From NCBI GenBank assembly GCA_963924565.1, contig OZ004609.1:32736001-32800000 (forward strand): DNA of 64,000 bases, given 5' to 3'. Made by a program: the position numbers and the translations under genes. The notes under the pieces were generated by a model. The model saw only the letters and a program-made list of their open reading frames with translations, was not told the origin of the DNA and made no database searches. The first letter of the stretch is position 1; every line of letters begins with the position of its first letter. This document shows, in pieces, positions 61,270-64,000 of the stretch. The stretch comes from Ascidiella aspersa (taxonomy: Eukaryota).

Positions 61270-63227
61270 TTGTAGCTGGCTTTTAGCTTGACAATGTTTT
61301 TAATAGGAAACTGCACAGAATCGCAAAACCATTACCAGCTGGTTTTGCTTGTAATACACTGCTATGTGATACAGTTTAACAGGTTTGCAAAATGTATGGC
61401 TTCTATTTTAATTTAAGAGTGCTTGCAGACGGCGACGTTTTACTAAAAATTACTGATTTCACCTTCTAACAGTAATGTGCCTATAGCTAGAATAAAACAT
61501 ATTGCAGATTTTAAACTTTGTTTTAGAAAACGGTTAATCTTGAAATGTCGTACACTTCGCCTAAAGGTCCGATAGATCACAAACATACAAATAACTCTTC
61601 TAGATTTAGTCTTTATTTACAAATCGTCTAACCAAAGACAATCTAGTGATTTTGACAATCACTTAGTTCTCAACATTTCAATCAGGATTTCCCTTTCTTA
61701 AGTTAGGCCAGATTGAAATATTTGAGCTTAACTAGAGTGCCAAAAAAATAAAAAGCATCGTATTAAAACACCATTTTGTGAGGGATTCAATTGCTCCGGT
61801 CTGGATGCAGTCAGATATTGCTCATGGCCAGGTAAATCCGTTAGCTTTTTTGAAAAACTTTCACGTTTAAGTAAATGTCAAATTGAAAATCAGAAATCTG
61901 ACCAATATGCAGCGAAACAACGACCTGATTGCAACTTAACAAGATTATGGTTTTCACTAACCTTCTATATTAAATGCAGCATGGTTGCTACATGATATTT
62001 ACGGGTTTGCTGAACTATTGTTGCCTTTCAACAAACAAAAAACCTTCACAGTAACCTTGAGAAACGCCTTGCAAATTTGCTTTTACCTTTGTTAGTTATT
62101 CCAATTTTAGCAAAAGTTATATACTTGAAGGTTAATACGTAGTAGGAAGAGTTCACCTTTAAACTAACACTACGCAGACGGCGTACAAGTTTTTTCGGCG
62201 CCGTCATTTTGCAGAGCACGTGTTTGTTTACCGACTTTCTGCCCGCTTATTAATTTTCAACCGATTCTCGAAAACCGGAATCGAGTTTTTCTTCAGAGCA
62301 GTTTTTAACTGGCACCTATTACACGAAGCGGCGTGGCGATTAATATTTAATTTAGGGAAGAATCCGTTTTTTTTTAGAGATTACAGTGAGTTTGCGTTTT
62401 GTCATGTGGCCGCCTGAATCACGTTGTTGTTTGGTTTGATTAGGCAGAAACGTATGCCTTGTTCAGCCAATACCGCAGCGGATTTATTTTTAGCATCTCA
62501 ACAAGGTATATAATATTATTCTGCAAGCAGTTTGTGAATAAATCGCGAGCGCAATGCCGGGTTTAAAAGTTAAATTATGAGTTCATACCTCGTTTAACAG
62601 TTTTCTAGTATATAATGTTTCTTTGGAAAAGACAGAAATGACAGGTGTACCTTTTAGGATGCAATAGACACCAATTTAGTTTAATATTAATGCTTTTTTA
62701 CATATTAACCTTACCTAGAACAAGATAGCGTTTTTCGAAGAATTTTAAAGGGTTCTAATTACGAATTTCATGTAATATAATTATTGTACAAAATTATTTT
62801 ATAAGTTAGCTCGTTTTGGATATTACTATTATTTGTTTTGAATAAAAGGATCTACCTTAATCCTAATAGCCAAAAAACAATTTAATGATAAACCAAGAAC
62901 AAAACGATTTTTCTTTCTGTTTCTTCGGTTTTGTACTTATTTTAGACTGTATTAAGCGTATAGCGTGAAAAAAACAGGTCAAATTTAATGCGCCTGTTAG
63001 CTAAACGTTTAATGAATACGAAACAAGAAAAGTATCTGGCATATATTTAAAGGCGACGCACTTCCTTAAATATTTTGCAACTCAATATCAGCCTATATGA
63101 ATACCCTTGGTTAATAATTTCGCGAAACACCTCCTCGGTCGTTGGCATTTTCACCCTTTAACTTTTCTGTTTTGCATTCAGGTTTTTTTTCCATTCAGTT
63201 TTCGGGACAATCGTACAAATAAAAGCA

Positions 63228-63428
63228 ATGAAGCTGTGTATCGTCATCGCACTTGTGTTTGTGTTGAGCGCTTCTGTGGTGCAAGCGAGTCGTTTCGAAC
63301 ACGCGATCCTTAAGGTGCTTCATCACTTGGAAGGAAAACCTCACGAACACCATCATCACCGCCATACACATCGCACAACGCCGCAGCAGGCAGAGCTGCA
63401 ATACGACACATATGCTGTCGCACCCAAG
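63228..63428 (+). CDS. First coding exon of a small secreted histidine-rich protein (host-defence or metal-binding peptide candidate)
   Basis: Signal peptide MKLCIVIALVFVLSASVVQA, then SRFEHAILKVLHHLEGKPHEHHHHRHTHR. AAG|GTATTG donor at 63429; unspliced, the ORF ends at 63464. Pyrimidine-rich acceptors lie just upstream (~63181, ~63198). Confidence 0.75.
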
Positions 63429-63600
63429 GTATTGAAACAGCAATTTCTCACCCGATCCGTTTGAAATTAGTGCATTTCTAAGCAAAAAGGTCTACGACAA
63501 TTAGAGCATCCAAAGGATCAAAAGTCCGAATTTTAGACTTTGAGGTCTCGGACAATGCACTGATTTGACTTAACAATGTGCTTCAAAAGATTAAGTTTAA

Positions 63601-63870
63601 TAATACTTGACCTACCCAAACCCAAACGCTAACCAGCAACCTAACCCAAACAATGTGCATTGAATTAATAATTACATAAACGCTTTAGGCTCCAATACCT
63701 AAATTTGTGACGTAACAATCCTATGGTACCATAGAGTAGATGAAAAAATATCTTATGCCTACCCGAGTTTGGGCTTTTTCACCAGCATTCAAATAATATT
63801 ACATTAACGCACATTATTTGGGTTAGGGTTCGGGTTAGCGTTTGGGTTAGGGTGTGTCAAGTTTTATTAA
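63601..63870. mobile_element. Fold-back element with CCTAACCC words (48581 family)
   Basis: TAATACTTGAC...CCCAAACGCTAACC / GGTTAGCGTTTGGG...GTCAAGTTTTATTA inverted arms. Confidence 0.7.
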
Positions 63871-64000
63871 TGCCATCTCACACTTTTTGTAATCTTTTGT
63901 GAATGTTCAAAGAATATTTTCAATTTATCTACGCCGGGAGTTTACCTAAAGGTCCAAATTAGTGCATTGCCAGGACCTCAAGGTCTAAAAGTCTAGACTT

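Noticed and set aside
63815-63855. TTAGGG words as a telomere or interstitial telomeric array
   Set aside because: Isolated units within the arms of a fold-back element, not a tandem array.

Overview
AT-rich, intron-dense animal genomic DNA. An ascidian/tunicate source is my inference from the strong TGACGTCA excess and the gene content; it is not proven. Four protein-coding loci are present. (1) The 5' ~2,880 codons of an axonemal outer-arm gamma-type dynein heavy chain (DNAH5/DNAH8 family) on the minus strand: 58 GT-AG exons traced by hand from ATG 49252 down to 680, all phase-compatible, running off the left edge after AAA3. (2) A small unrecognised plus-strand gene head-to-head with it (~49.6-52.4 kb). 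(3) A complete 12-exon, 690-aa type-B carboxylesterase with a Ser/Thr stalk and GPI-type tail (minus, 53106-61269). (4) The first coding exon of a secreted His-rich peptide (plus, 63228-). Introns are crowded with MITEs (hAT, PIF/Harbinger, fold-backs). The best hidden signal is a family of short, TSD-flanked, inverted-repeat insertions carrying minimal type I hammerhead ribozyme motifs (CUGACGA..GAAACGUU) of the Penelope-like/retrozyme type, one with a hammerhead on each strand. Also notable are a probable alternative first dynein exon with an upstream RFX X-box and five local duplications of splice junctions. Most entries of the six-frame ORF track are exon fragments or noise.
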